Of a DNA stretch of 64,000 bases, positions 33,816 to 43,422 are shown piece after piece. The notes under the pieces were generated by a model that saw only the letters and a program-made list of their open reading frames with translations, had not been told where the DNA came from and made no database searches. Each line of letters begins with the position of its first letter. The stretch's first letter is position 1. Source of the stretch: Eubacteriales bacterium (GTDB taxonomy: Bacteria > Bacillota > Clostridia > Oscillospirales > QAKW01). The position numbers and the translations under genes were made by a program. The stretch lies in assembly GCA_045545315.1 (NCBI GenBank), contig JAZQAR010000040.1, positions 8,027-72,026 on the forward strand, in the 5' to 3' direction.

Positions 33816-34687
33816 TGAACGACAATCAATTTTCGAACGCACAACGGGCCGAGGTTCTGACCCAGGCTCTTCCCTATATCCGCCAATACACCGGTAAGAT
33901 CGTGGTGGTGAAGTACGGCGGCAACGCCATGGTCAACGAACAGTTAAAACAGCAGGTGATGGAGGACATCGTTTTGCTGTGGCTCATCGGCATCAAGGTA
34001 GTCCTGGTCCACGGCGGTGGGCCGGAGATCAGCGAGCTGATGGAAAAATTGGGCAAAAAGGCAGTCTTTGTGGACGGTCTGCGCTATACCGACCAGGAGA
34101 CCATCGATATTGTACAGATGGTGCTGGCCGGCAAGGTCAATAAGACCCTGGTAAACCTGTTGGAGACCAAGGGCGGCAAGGCCATGGGCATCTCCGGTAT
34201 GGACGGCCAGCTGATCGAAGCCGAGATCAAGGACGAGCGGCTGGGCTTTGTGGGCAACGTGACCAAGGTAAACATCCAGCCCGTTTTGGATCTTTTGGAA
34301 AAGGGCTATATCCCCGTGATCTCCACCGTCGGCTGCGATAAGCAGGGCAACGTTTACAACATCAACGGTGATACCGCCGCTGCTTGCATCGCCGGGGCGC
34401 TGGAGGCCGAACGTTTGATCATGATGACCGATATCGCCGGATTGCTGCGGGATAAGGACGATCCCACCACCCTGATCCCGGCGGTGACCGTGAAGGAGGC
34501 CAAGGAACTTTATGAAGAAGGCGTGATCTCCGGCGGGATGATCCCCAAGGTGGATTGCTGTATCGAAGCCATCGAAAAGGGCGTGGAAAACGTGATCATT
34601 ATGGACGGCCGGGTGCCCCACTCCATTCTGATGGAGCTGTTGACTGACGAGGGTGCCGGTACTATGGTTCTGGGAGATAAAAAATGA
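33815..34687 (+). CDS. argB: acetylglutamate kinase
   Basis: A 290-aa ORF with VVKYGGNAM, VLVHGGGPEI and the NINGDTAA motif. Confidence 0.95.
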   Translation: MNDNQFSNAQRAEVLTQALPYIRQYTGKIVVVKYGGNAMVNEQLKQQVMEDIVLLWLIGIKVVLVHGGGPEISELMEKLGKKAVFVDGLRYTDQETIDIVQMVLAGKVNKTLVNLLETKGGKAMGISGMDGQLIEAEIKDERLGFVGNVTKVNIQPVLDLLEKGYIPVISTVGCDKQGNVYNINGDTAAACIAGALEAERLIMMTDIAGLLRDKDDPTTLIPAVTVKEAKELYEEGVISGGMIPKVDCCIEAIEKGVENVIIMDGRVPHSILMELLTDEGAGTMVLGDKK

Positions 34688-35859
34688 GCGAACTGATCCA
34701 AAAAGACAATACCTACGTAGCCAATACCTACAGCCGGTTCCCGGTGGAATTGGTTTCCGGCCAAGGGGCTCTGGCTTATGATCCCACCGGAAAAGAATAC
34801 ATTGATCTAGGCAGCGGCATCGCTGTGAATACCTTCGGCTTTGCCGATCCCATCTGGCAAGCGGCAGTTACCGCTCAATTGGGCAAACTCCAGCACACCT
34901 CCAATCTCTATTATACCGAGCCCTGCGCCCGGTTGGCCGAACTGCTTTGCCAAAAGACCGGGATGAAAAAGGTCTTTTTCAGCAATTCCGGTGCCGAGGC
35001 CAACGAATGTGCCATCAAAGTTGCCAGGAAATATGCGGCGGAGCATAAAGGCTCTGAATATTACACCGTTTTGACCTTGACCAACAGCTTTCACGGGCGG
35101 ACTCTGACCACCCTGGCCGCCACCGGGCAGGAGCATTTCCATCAACTGTTCCAGCCCCTGACCCCGGGCTTTATCGATATTCCCGCCAACGACCAAAGGG
35201 CCCTGGAGGAGGCGGTCAAGACCCATAAGATCGCAGGCATTTTGGTGGAATGTGTTCAGGGCGAGGGCGGTGTTTTGCCCTTGGAACCCGAATATGCCAA
35301 GGCTCTGGAAAAAATCGCCAAGGAGCAGGATATCATCCTGATGATCGACGAGGTACAGACCGGTAACGGCCGTACCGGCGCCCTATACGCCTATATGAAT
35401 TTCGGGCTGAAGCCCGACGTGGTCTCCACCGCCAAAGGGCTGGGAGGCGGCCTGCCTTTGGGGGCTACCCTGCTGAGTGAAAAGGTGGAAAAGGTGTTGG
35501 GCTTTGGCGATCACGGCTCCACCTTTGGGGGCAATCCCGTGGCCTGCGCCGGTGCCGTCAGCATTCTGAAGCGGCTGACTCCGGACTTTTTGGCCGAAGT
35601 ACAAAAGAAGAGCGATTATCTCTTCAACACTTTAAAAAACGCCCCCGGCATCGAGGCCGTGGACGGTATGGGGCTGATGATCGGCATCAAGACCAAGGGC
35701 GACGCCAAAAAAATTGTCGGAAAATGTATAGAAAAAGGGGTTCTTTGCCTGACCGCCAAGGATAAGGTACGGCTGCTGCCGCCCCTGAACATCCCCATGG
35801 AGCTTTTGGAAAGGGCCGTGGCGGTGTTACTGGACGTTTGTAAGGAGGAACAGCAATGA
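34684..35859 (+). CDS. argD: acetylornithine aminotransferase
   Basis: A 391-aa class-III aminotransferase with [27 protein letters not shown] and STAKGLGGG (PLP lysine). Confidence 0.92.
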   Translation: MSELIQKDNTYVANTYSRFPVELVSGQGALAYDPTGKEYIDLGSGIAVNTFGFADPIWQAAVTAQLGKLQHTSNLYYTEPCARLAELLCQKTGMKKVFFSNSGAEANECAIKVARKYAAEHKGSEYYTVLTLTNSFHGRTLTTLAATGQEHFHQLFQPLTPGFIDIPANDQRALEEAVKTHKIAGILVECVQGEGGVLPLEPEYAKALEKIAKEQDIILMIDEVQTGNGRTGALYAYMNFGLKPDVVSTAKGLGGGLPLGATLLSEKVEKVLGFGDHGSTFGGNPVACAGAVSILKRLTPDFLAEVQKKSDYLFNTLKNAPGIEAVDGMGLMIGIKTKGDAKKIVGKCIEKGVLCLTAKDKVRLLPPLNIPMELLERAVAVLLDVCKEEQQ

Positions 35860-36839
35860 ACTTAGAAGGAAAAAGCTTTTTAAAACTACTGGATTTCACT
35901 GCTGAGGAAATCAGCGATCTCTTGAGCCTGGCCGCCGACCTGAAGATGAAGAAAAAGGCCGGTATCCCCCACCGTCTGTGCGAGGGCAAGAGCATTGCCC
36001 TGCTCTTTGAAAAGACCAGTACCCGCACCCGCTGTGCCTTTGAGGTGGCGGCGGCGGATCTTGGAATGCACCCGGTGTATCTGGATCCCTCCGGCTCCCA
36101 GATGGGCAATAAAGAAAGCATCGCCGATACCGCCCGGGTATTAGGACGGATGTTCGACGGCATTGAATACCGGGGCTTCGGCCAGGAGCTGGTGGAAGAG
36201 CTGGCCGCCTATGCGGGGGTACCCGTCTGGAACGGGCTGACCAACGAATTCCATCCCACCCAGATCCTGGCTGATTTTCTGACCATCAAGGAGCACTTTG
36301 GCTCCTTGAACGGCATCAAGCTGGTCTATATGGGCGATGCCCGTTATAATATGGGCAACTCCCTAATGGTGGGGTGTGCCAAGATGGGGATGCACTTTGT
36401 GGCCTGTGCGCCCGAGAAATATTTTCCGGATGCAAAATTAGTCGAAGAATGTAAGGCCATTGCCGCCACCAGCGGCGCCACCCTGGAATTCATCGAGGAT
36501 CCCGCCGAGGCGGTCAAAAACGCCCACGTGATCTATACGGACGTTTGGGTCTCCATGGGCGAACCTGCCGAGGTCTGGGCAGAACGGATCCACGATCTGA
36601 TGCCCTATCAGGTCAATAGCAAACTGATGGAGCAGGCCGGCCCCCAATGTAAATTTATGCATTGCCTGCCCGCCTTCCACGATCTGAAGACCAATACCGG
36701 TAAAAAGATCTACGAGCAGTTCGGCATCGATTGTATGGAAGTGACCGACGAAGTCTTCGAAAGCCCCGCCTCCATCGTCTTTGACGAAGCGGAAAACCGT
36801 ATGCACACCATCAAAGCCGTCATGGCAGCCACCTTATGA
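35856..36839 (+). CDS. argF: ornithine carbamoyltransferase
   Basis: A 327-aa ORF with [13 protein letters not shown], the HPTQ motif and HCLPAFH. Confidence 0.95.
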   Translation: MNLEGKSFLKLLDFTAEEISDLLSLAADLKMKKKAGIPHRLCEGKSIALLFEKTSTRTRCAFEVAAADLGMHPVYLDPSGSQMGNKESIADTARVLGRMFDGIEYRGFGQELVEELAAYAGVPVWNGLTNEFHPTQILADFLTIKEHFGSLNGIKLVYMGDARYNMGNSLMVGCAKMGMHFVACAPEKYFPDAKLVEECKAIAATSGATLEFIEDPAEAVKNAHVIYTDVWVSMGEPAEVWAERIHDLMPYQVNSKLMEQAGPQCKFMHCLPAFHDLKTNTGKKIYEQFGIDCMEVTDEVFESPASIVFDEAENRMHTIKAVMAATL

Positions 36840-36888
36840 TCCCCCTCCGACGTGTCAGCGGACACGTCGTGTCCCCCAAGGGACACAA

Positions 36889-36920
36889 AAACGCCGGGAG
36901 TAATCTCCCGGCGTTTGATT
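36889..36920. terminator. bidirectional terminator between argF and the PHP gene
   Basis: aacgccgggag-taat-ctcccggcgtt is flanked by an A-run and by T-rich sequence. Two further hairpins precede it: cgacgtgtc/gacacgtcg and tgtccc/gggaca. Confidence 0.75.
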
Positions 36921-37940
36921 TTATTCGTTGATCTCGGCGGATTCGTTGATCTCGGCGGTATAGTAAGCGTTGGAAAAGGCCCGGTAACCGGCGGCATCCC
37001 GCACTTCGATGCGGAAATAGCGGCCGAATTTTTCGGGAGCGTAATCAAATTCCGCCTCGGTAAAGGTTTCGGTGCGGGAGCGAATGCACTTGCCGTAGCG
37101 CCCCTCGCTCAAAATGGAGATCCAGGCGGCGGGCGAGGTCTTCACCCGGACCTTGCCGTCCTCAATGGTCAGGCTCAGAATATCGGGACCCTCGGAGCAA
37201 TAGCAATCCCCCCGCTCATAAGCGGCCATCAAAGATTCGTAGGTCAGCTCCGGCGCCTTGATCACAGTCCAGGCCCAAAAACAATCCTTAACGGCGTGGT
37301 TATCGTCGCCGCCGATGGGCACCACCCTTTTTCCGGCACGGAGCAGCTGCTCGTAGATCCAGGCGGTGTTATCCCCCCAATGCTGGCAACCGCCGTTGGA
37401 AACCTCCACGGCGTGAAGATGCTCCAGAGGGATCACGTCCTTCCCGGTCTGCAGGGACCAGGCGGGGTGGTTATAGGTGATCAGAAAACCGGCCTCCTTG
37501 ACCCCCTTCAGGTATTGGTTCAGCCATTCGATATCATAATGGGTGGTATCGATGGTCTCGTCGTAAACAGCACATTCCTCCGCCCAATGCCGGGCATTGC
37601 CGGGCATAGAAGGATTATTTTTAAAAAAGAGAGGCATTTTCAGGTTATTTTGATCCTTGGCCAGCATATTAAAATGGTAGACCGGCATAAAACAGCCGGT
37701 ATGTTCGTTCAGATCCTTTTTCACTGCCACTTCATAGCCGTGCAGAGCGATAAAATCCGGATCGCACAGATCCTTGTGACTCAGCAACACCTCATGGTCG
37801 GTAAAACAAACGGCGCTGTAGCCTTGGGCTTTATAAGCAGCCTTCACCTCTTCCAAGGTCTGCTTTCCGTCGGAAAGATCCGTATGACAATGCAGGTTGG
37901 CTTTATAAAGATTCCCTTTTTCGGGCAACAGTTCGATCAT
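36921..37940 (-). CDS. PHP-domain metal-dependent phosphoesterase
   Basis: A 339-aa ORF with N-terminal ANLHCHTDLSDG and later FTDHE and GGDDNH motifs. Confidence 0.75.
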   Translation of the reverse strand: MIELLPEKGNLYKANLHCHTDLSDGKQTLEEVKAAYKAQGYSAVCFTDHEVLLSHKDLCDPDFIALHGYEVAVKKDLNEHTGCFMPVYHFNMLAKDQNNLKMPLFFKNNPSMPGNARHWAEECAVYDETIDTTHYDIEWLNQYLKGVKEAGFLITYNHPAWSLQTGKDVIPLEHLHAVEVSNGGCQHWGDNTAWIYEQLLRAGKRVVPIGGDDNHAVKDCFWAWTVIKAPELTYESLMAAYERGDCYCSEGPDILSLTIEDGKVRVKTSPAAWISILSEGRYGKCIRSRTETFTEAEFDYAPEKFGRYFRIEVRDAAGYRAFSNAYYTAEINESAEINE

Positions 37941-38665
37941 TTTTCATACTCCTTTAAATATTCCGCTATGGATCGGGTCATCTCTACAGAAAAATCGCTG
38001 TTATACTTTCGATCGCAAAAGGCCTTGATCCAGGCATCGTAAGTTTGGTGACCGGCCTTATATTCCAGCATCTCCCGCAGTTCCTCGGGCTTCATATCCC
38101 GGTAGGTATTGGAATGCACGATATGCTTCATGGCCGCCCGCTCCGGTTTGGGCCGTTGCTTTTGCTGTTCCGTGGGATAGCCGAAGACCAGCATCACCGC
38201 CGGTAACACGTAATCCGGCAGGTGGAGCATCTTTTTATGCACCTCACAGTTTTCCATAATATCACCGATATAGCAGGAGCCAATGCCCATACTCTCGGCG
38301 GCGGTCACCGCATTTTGGGCAGCGATGGCCGTATCGGTCACCGCCAGCATCAGATCCCCCACCCCCAAAGGCCGAGGCGCACAGCCTGCAGCCTCAAATG
38401 CCCGGTACCACTTGCGGCAATCGGCGCAAAAGATCAGCACCAGTCCTGCCTTAGCGATAAAGGGCTGGTGGTCACAACTTTCTGCCAGTTGCTCCTTCAG
38501 GTCCTGATCCGTAATTTCCAGGATCGTATACAGTTGCTGATTCCCGGCGGTAGGTGCCATGGCGGCGGCCTCTATGATCAGATCCCGCTCCTCCGGTAAA
38601 ATTGGTTGGTCGGTAAAAGCCCGCACAGATTTGCGGTCAAAAAGTTCCTGAATGGTTTGGTTCAT
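37937..38665 (-). CDS. nitroreductase-family protein
   Basis: MNQTIQELFDRKSVRAF...APTAGNQQ. The ATG at 38665 follows SD cagggaggg and is preferred over the track start at 38719. Confidence 0.85.
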   Translation of the reverse strand: MNQTIQELFDRKSVRAFTDQPILPEERDLIIEAAAMAPTAGNQQLYTILEITDQDLKEQLAESCDHQPFIAKAGLVLIFCADCRKWYRAFEAAGCAPRPLGVGDLMLAVTDTAIAAQNAVTAAESMGIGSCYIGDIMENCEVHKKMLHLPDYVLPAVMLVFGYPTEQQKQRPKPERAAMKHIVHSNTYRDMKPEELREMLEYKAGHQTYDAWIKAFCDRKYNSDFSVEMTRSIAEYLKEYEK

Positions 38666-38707
38666 CGTGATCCCTCCCTGTTTTAGAATAATTTTACCAT
38701 AAATCAA

Positions 38708-38735
38708 TTGAAAATGCAAAAAAGAATGTTATAAT
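38708..38735 (+). promoter_or_regulatory. SigA-type promoter with extended -10 for the Crp/Fnr gene
   Basis: TTGAAA (38708-38713), 16 nt ending in TGt, then TATAAT (38730-38735). Confidence 0.55.
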
Positions 38736-38752
38736 GTTTTTATAAGTAAAGA

Positions 38753-39424
38753 ATGGAGGTGGCGCCCTTGGAAAAAGAACTGATGCAGTTGCCCTTTTGG
38801 AAGGAACTGGATCAAAAGGATCGGGAATATCTGGTGCAGACCGCCGGAATGCGCAGTTTTAAGAAAAAAGAACTGATCCATAGCCACACCGCCCAATGTT
38901 TAGGGATGTTCCGGGTTTTAAAAGGGATCGTGCGCATCTTTATTTTATCCGAGGAAGGACGGGAGGTCACCCTGTTCCGGGTGCACGAGGGGGAAACCTG
39001 TGTGTTGGCCGCCTCTTGCTTTATCAAATCCATTACCTTTGAGACCCAGCTGGTGGCAGAGACTGATTGCGAGCTTTTAGTCATCGGCGGCACCGCCTTT
39101 TCCCTATTGACCCGCAATATCCACGTGCGGAGTTATATGTACGAAAAGGCTACCGAGCATTTTTCCAGCGTGATGTGGTCCATGCAACAAATTTTATTCG
39201 CAAAATTCGACCAGCGGTTGGCTTCCTTTCTCTTGGAGGAATACGACCGTACCGGCAGCCCCACCGTCGCCATGAGCCAGGAGGAGATTGCGCAACATAC
39301 CAGCTCCGCCCGGGAGGTAGTGGCCCGGATGCTCAAGCGCTTTTCTGCCGACGGGCTGGTGGAGGTGCGCAGGGGTGCCATCTTCTTAAAGGATATTCCG
39401 GCTCTGCGGCTATTGACTTATTAA
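38753..39424 (+). CDS. Crp/Fnr-family transcriptional regulator
   Basis: It has a cNMP-binding-like N-terminal domain and a C-terminal HTH (MSQEEIAQHTSSAREVVARMLKRF). The true start is probably the in-frame TTG at 38768, 8 nt after GGAGG at 38755-38759. Confidence 0.88.
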   Translation: MEVAPLEKELMQLPFWKELDQKDREYLVQTAGMRSFKKKELIHSHTAQCLGMFRVLKGIVRIFILSEEGREVTLFRVHEGETCVLAASCFIKSITFETQLVAETDCELLVIGGTAFSLLTRNIHVRSYMYEKATEHFSSVMWSMQQILFAKFDQRLASFLLEEYDRTGSPTVAMSQEEIAQHTSSAREVVARMLKRFSADGLVEVRRGAIFLKDIPALRLLTY

Positions 39425-39439
39425 ATTTTTTTGAAATAT

Positions 39440-39480
39440 GTAACCAAGTTACGGTAATCTCCCCAAAAAGCGGCTATAAT
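39440..39480 (+). promoter_or_regulatory. GTAAC-N3-GTTAC palindrome plus TATAAT upstream of trxA
   Basis: GTAACCAAGTTAC lies at 39440-39452 and TATAAT at 39475-39480. There is no recognisable -35 (cggtaa). The palindrome centre is about 41 bp upstream of the inferred TSS. Confidence 0.4.
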
Positions 39481-39521
39481 ATAGTCAGAAATCAAAAAAC
39501 ACTACATAAGGAGATTTAAAA

Positions 39522-39833
39522 ATGGCTATTATCTTAAACGAACAGAATTTTGAAAACGAAGTATTGAAGAGCGAACTGCCCGTATTGGTGGATTTTTGGG
39601 CAACCTGGTGTGGCCCATGCAAAATGATGGGTCCCATCGTGGAACGCCTGGCCACCGAGCTGGAGGGTGTTGCCAAGGTAGGCAAGGTGGACGTGGACGA
39701 AAACCCCGGTCTGGCCGCCGCCTTCGGGATCACCAGCATCCCCACGGTGATTGTTTTTAAGGATGGCAAGCCGGTGGAAACCTCCATCGGTCTGCGCTCT
39801 GCCGACGATCTGAAAAAATTATTAAATATATAA
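39522..39833 (+). CDS. trxA: thioredoxin
   Basis: A 103-aa ORF with the [10 protein letters not shown] active site. Confidence 0.95.
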   Translation: MAIILNEQNFENEVLKSELPVLVDFWATWCGPCKMMGPIVERLATELEGVAKVGKVDVDENPGLAAAFGITSIPTVIVFKDGKPVETSIGLRSADDLKKLLNI

Positions 39834-39846
39834 TGGAGGAAACACA

Positions 39847-40515
39847 ATGAAGACCTACAAATGTAACGTATGCGGGAAGATCTTTGAGGTAGGCGAGGGT
39901 GACGTTTTGGTATGCCCCGTCTGCAAAAAGACCGGCGATGCCCTGAGCGAGGTAGTCGCCAACGAGACCGCCCCCGCCGCCAACAAGTATGCCGGCACCC
40001 AGACCGAGCAGAACCTGATGGCCGCCTTTGCCGGCGAAAGCCAGGCCCGGAACAAATACACCTATTTTGCATCCAAGGCCAAAAAGGAAGGCTTTGAGCA
40101 GATTTCTGCTTTGTTCCAAAAAACTGCTGATAATGAAAAGGAACACGCCAAAATGTGGTTCAAGGAGCTGAACGGCATCAGTGATACTGCCACCAACCTA
40201 CTCCACGCCGCCGAAGGCGAAAACTATGAATGGACCGATATGTACGATGGCTTTGCCAAGACCGCCGAAGAAGAAGGCTTCACCGAACTGGCCGCCAAAT
40301 TCAGAATGGTTGCCGCTATCGAAAAGCACCATGAGGAACGGTACCGTGCTCTGCTCCACAACGTAGAGGCTCAGGAAGTCTTCGCTAAGAGCGAGGTAAA
40401 GGTTTGGGAATGCCGGAACTGCGGTCACATTATGGTAGGCACCGCCGCTCCCGAGGTCTGCCCCGTTTGCGACCATCCCAAGGCCTATTTTGAAGTTCAC
40501 GCCGAAAACTATTAA
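39847..40515 (+). CDS. rbr: rubrerythrin with Cys4 (rubredoxin-like) motifs at both termini
   Basis: A 222-aa ORF. Diiron ligand motifs are [23 protein letters not shown] and EKHHEERY. The N-terminal Cys4 is CNVCG...CPVC and the C-terminal Cys4 is CRNCG...CPVC. Confidence 0.88.
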   Translation: MKTYKCNVCGKIFEVGEGDVLVCPVCKKTGDALSEVVANETAPAANKYAGTQTEQNLMAAFAGESQARNKYTYFASKAKKEGFEQISALFQKTADNEKEHAKMWFKELNGISDTATNLLHAAEGENYEWTDMYDGFAKTAEEEGFTELAAKFRMVAAIEKHHEERYRALLHNVEAQEVFAKSEVKVWECRNCGHIMVGTAAPEVCPVCDHPKAYFEVHAENY

Positions 40516-40521
40516 GCGATT

Positions 40522-40553
40522 CGGGTCGCCCTTTGGGCGACCCGGATTTTTTT
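40522..40553 (+). terminator. rho-independent terminator of trxA-rbr
   Basis: cgggtcgccc-tttg-gggcgacccg followed by attttttt. Confidence 0.85.
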
Positions 40554-40554
40554 C

Positions 40555-40583
40555 TTGCTTTTTATGGACCTTGCTTATATAAT
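40555..40583 (+). promoter_or_regulatory. SigA-type promoter of the SLH protein gene
   Basis: TTGCTT (40555-40560), 17 nt, then TATAAT (40578-40583). Confidence 0.5.
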
Positions 40584-40610
40584 GAATTTATCAAATATAG
40601 GAGAACGACC

Positions 40611-43367
40611 ATGAAAAAGAAGATCTTATCCTTTATCTTATGCATTGTTTTGACCCTATCCCTGTTCCCCGCACTGCCGGTTGCAGCGGCGCCTACCACC
40701 CACGCTACCGCTGTCCAGGTAGGGCACGAGGGGGCTTATCACCTGAACGAGGGCGGACACCATTGGTACAGGATCACCGCCACCGAAACCCAGTACCATT
40801 CCTTTATCTTCCGCAACAAAAGTCTGGAGGCAAACACCGGTATCGGCTTTTTGGATTCCTTTGTGAATCTGTTTGTGGGGAAGATGACCGTTGAGGTTTA
40901 CGATCAGCTGGATGAGCATTTAGCCTCCCTGGACGTAAAATGCGGCTACAACGGCACCCTTTCTCTGAACCTGACCCAGGGCGAGACCTACTATTTCAAG
41001 GTCTCCTCCTCCGTTTCCGGCAACTACACCATGAACGTGAAGATGCTGAACGACCTGGGCGGGAACAATTGGAAGAATTCCCTGGAGACCACCTCTACCG
41101 GTCAGCTGATCTCCCGGGTGGATGCCGCCGGCGATCAGGATTGGTTCAAATTCACCACCGACGACAACCGCTCCTTCGTAAACTTCAGCCTGGAAAACGT
41201 CCAGGCCGGTACCCTGGAGCTTTGGGTTTACGAAAGTGTGGGCGGCAACGAAGATACCCTGCCCCGGGACGTTTTTAACTTTGACGTTTACAATAACAAC
41301 ACCAAATCCAAAAGCACCGAATTAAAGCCAAACACCACCTATTATTTTTGTATTCAGGGTGAAAATAACGCCACCGGCGATTATATCCTGAGCCTGGAGC
41401 GCAGTATCGATGCGGCGGGGCCCGATAAAGAGACCGCCTATCTCCTCCAGCGGGACGTTAAGTATACCTCCTCCTTTGACGGCCCTTACGACACCGATTA
41501 CTACAAATTCACCACCGGCGATCAGCCCGCCTATTATCTCTTTGATTTTAAGGGCACCGTCTTCACCTATTCCGTGGGCGTGACCGTATACGACGAGGCG
41601 GGCAATCCAAAGCTGGATATCGGTTCCTATAACGGTAAGACCTCCGGCAACGTAAAGCTGGAGCCCCACACCCTTTACTACGTGAAGGTGGCCAGCGATT
41701 CCTCCCTGGTGGGCAATTATGAATTCACCATCACCACCAAGCCCGATGCCTACCCCAACACCAAAGCGGAAGCCACCGCCGTTCAGCGGGATCAGACCAT
41801 TACCTCCGGCTTTGAAGGGAGCAAGGATATCGATTACCTGAAGTTCACCACCGCCGAGACCCCGGCCTATTATCTCTTTGATTTTAAGGGAACCAGCTTC
41901 ACCTATTCCATGGGCGTGACCGTATACGACGAGGCGGGCAATCCCAAGCTGGATATCGGTTCCTATAACGGTAAGACCTCCGGCAACGTAAAGCTGGAGC
42001 CCAACACCCTTTACTACGTGAAGGTAGCCAGCGATTCCACCCTGATGGGCAATTACGAGTTTACCATCACCACCAAGCCCGATGCCTACCCCGACACCCG
42101 GGCAGAGGCAGTGAACGTTTCTCTCGATCAGACCATCACCTCCGGCTTTGAAGGGAGCAAGGATATCGATTATCTGAAGTTCACCACTACCCCGGAGAAC
42201 GCCTATTATCAATTTGCCTTTAAGGGCACCGGCTTCACCTATTCCATGGCCGTGACCGTATACGATGAAACAGGCAACCCCAAGCTGAATGTCGGCTCCT
42301 ATAACGGCAAGGCCACCGGCAACGTAAAGCTGGAGCCCAACGCCCTTTATTACGTTAAGGTAGCCAGTGATTCCACCCTGATGGGGGACTACGAGTTTAC
42401 CATCACCGCCAAGCCCGATCCCGAGGGGGACACCAAGGCCACCGCCTATCCCCTTTCCATGAACGAGACCTACCAAAGCGCCCTGAGCGACAGCAAGGAC
42501 ACGGACTGGTACAAGGTGACCCTGAACGCCTCGGTAGATCTGCTGGTGACCGTTAACAACGAAAGCTGCAGCAGCCTGGGCTTTAAGGTCTATAACGACC
42601 GGGATCAGCCCTTTTTTGATAACAATACCTATAACAACAAGGTTTTCACCGACCACGGGCGGCTGGAAAAGGGCACCTATTATATCAAGGTGACCGGCGG
42701 CTCGGAAGGCTATTATACCATCGCCCTTTCCCCCTGCGGCAGCGGGCATAACTATATTAAGGGCAAATGCGGCTCCTGCGGAAAATGGGATCCCAACTAT
42801 GCCCCCACCTTTACCGACGTTTCTAAAAAGGCCTGGTACAAGGGCGCCATCGACTACGTGGCAAAGTATAACATTATGGGCGGGGTGGGCAACGGCAAGA
42901 TGCAGCCCAACGCCAACGTCACCCGGGCCCAGTTCGTTCAGATCTTGGCCAACCTGGAGGGTGTGGATACCACCAATACCCGGGTCTCCACCCGATTCAG
43001 CGACGTGCCTGCCGGCAAGTGGTTCACTCCGGCGGTAAAATGGGCCAGCGAAAACGGCATCGTAGACGGGGTCGGCAACGGCAAATTCGATCCCAACGGC
43101 AACCTGACTCGGGAGCAGATGTGCAAAATGATCGTCAGCTACGTGACCTTCAAGGGCATCACCCTGGAAAAGACCACCGCCAAGATCAGCTTTACCGATG
43201 ATCGCCGGATCTCCGGCTGGGCCTACGATTACGTTTACCTTTGTCAGCAGGCCGGCCTGGTCAACGGCATCGGCACCGATTTCAAGCCCCGGGATCTGGC
43301 CACCAGAGCCCAGATCGCAACCATTATGATGCGGTTCGATCAGCAATACGAGATCGTTGAAAAATAA
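40611..43367 (+). CDS. secreted S-layer-homology (SLH) anchored protein with multiple PPC-like (pre-peptidase C-terminal type) domains
   Basis: The ATG at 40611 follows ataggaga and is preferred because the track start at 40533 lies inside the upstream terminator. It has a signal peptide (MKKKILSFILCIVLTLSLFPALPVAAA). DxDWYKF/DIDYLKFTT...YYVKV...YEFTIT units repeat. Three C-terminal SLH repeats are present (FTDVSKKAWYKGAIDYV, FSDVPAGKWFTPAVKWA, FTDDRRISGWAYDYVY). Confidence 0.85.
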   Translation: MKKKILSFILCIVLTLSLFPALPVAAAPTTHATAVQVGHEGAYHLNEGGHHWYRITATETQYHSFIFRNKSLEANTGIGFLDSFVNLFVGKMTVEVYDQLDEHLASLDVKCGYNGTLSLNLTQGETYYFKVSSSVSGNYTMNVKMLNDLGGNNWKNSLETTSTGQLISRVDAAGDQDWFKFTTDDNRSFVNFSLENVQAGTLELWVYESVGGNEDTLPRDVFNFDVYNNNTKSKSTELKPNTTYYFCIQGENNATGDYILSLERSIDAAGPDKETAYLLQRDVKYTSSFDGPYDTDYYKFTTGDQPAYYLFDFKGTVFTYSVGVTVYDEAGNPKLDIGSYNGKTSGNVKLEPHTLYYVKVASDSSLVGNYEFTITTKPDAYPNTKAEATAVQRDQTITSGFEGSKDIDYLKFTTAETPAYYLFDFKGTSFTYSMGVTVYDEAGNPKLDIGSYNGKTSGNVKLEPNTLYYVKVASDSTLMGNYEFTITTKPDAYPDTRAEAVNVSLDQTITSGFEGSKDIDYLKFTTTPENAYYQFAFKGTGFTYSMAVTVYDETGNPKLNVGSYNGKATGNVKLEPNALYYVKVASDSTLMGDYEFTITAKPDPEGDTKATAYPLSMNETYQSALSDSKDTDWYKVTLNASVDLLVTVNNESCSSLGFKVYNDRDQPFFDNNTYNNKVFTDHGRLEKGTYYIKVTGGSEGYYTIALSPCGSGHNYIKGKCGSCGKWDPNYAPTFTDVSKKAWYKGAIDYVAKYNIMGGVGNGKMQPNANVTRAQFVQILANLEGVDTTNTRVSTRFSDVPAGKWFTPAVKWASENGIVDGVGNGKFDPNGNLTREQMCKMIVSYVTFKGITLEKTTAKISFTDDRRISGWAYDYVYLCQQAGLVNGIGTDFKPRDLATRAQIATIMMRFDQQYEIVEK
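41409..42416 (+). repeat. three in-frame tandem repeats of 336 bp (112 aa) inside the SLH protein gene
   Basis: Units start at 41409, 41745 and 42081. Units 1 and 2 share nearly identical stretches of about 150 bp (ggcgtgaccgtatacgacgaggcgggcaatcc...ctttactacgtgaaggt). Unit 3 is more diverged. Confidence 0.9.
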
Positions 43368-43379
43368 CAAACCACTAAA

Positions 43380-43422
43380 AACGCATTGGCGAAGGGTGAC
43401 CCTTCGCCAATGCGTTTTTTAT
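43380..43422. terminator. bidirectional terminator (SLH gene / lipoprotein gene)
   Basis: aacgcattggcgaaggg-tgac-ccttcgccaatgcgtt is a stem of about 16 bp, flanked by an A-run and a T-run. Confidence 0.85.

Noticed and set aside
41322-43370. A 682-aa minus-strand ORF opposite the SLH protein gene
   Set aside because: It is in codon register with the SLH gene, which carries clear signal peptide, PPC and SLH motifs. The antisense translation merely mirrors the tandem repeats and has no start signals.
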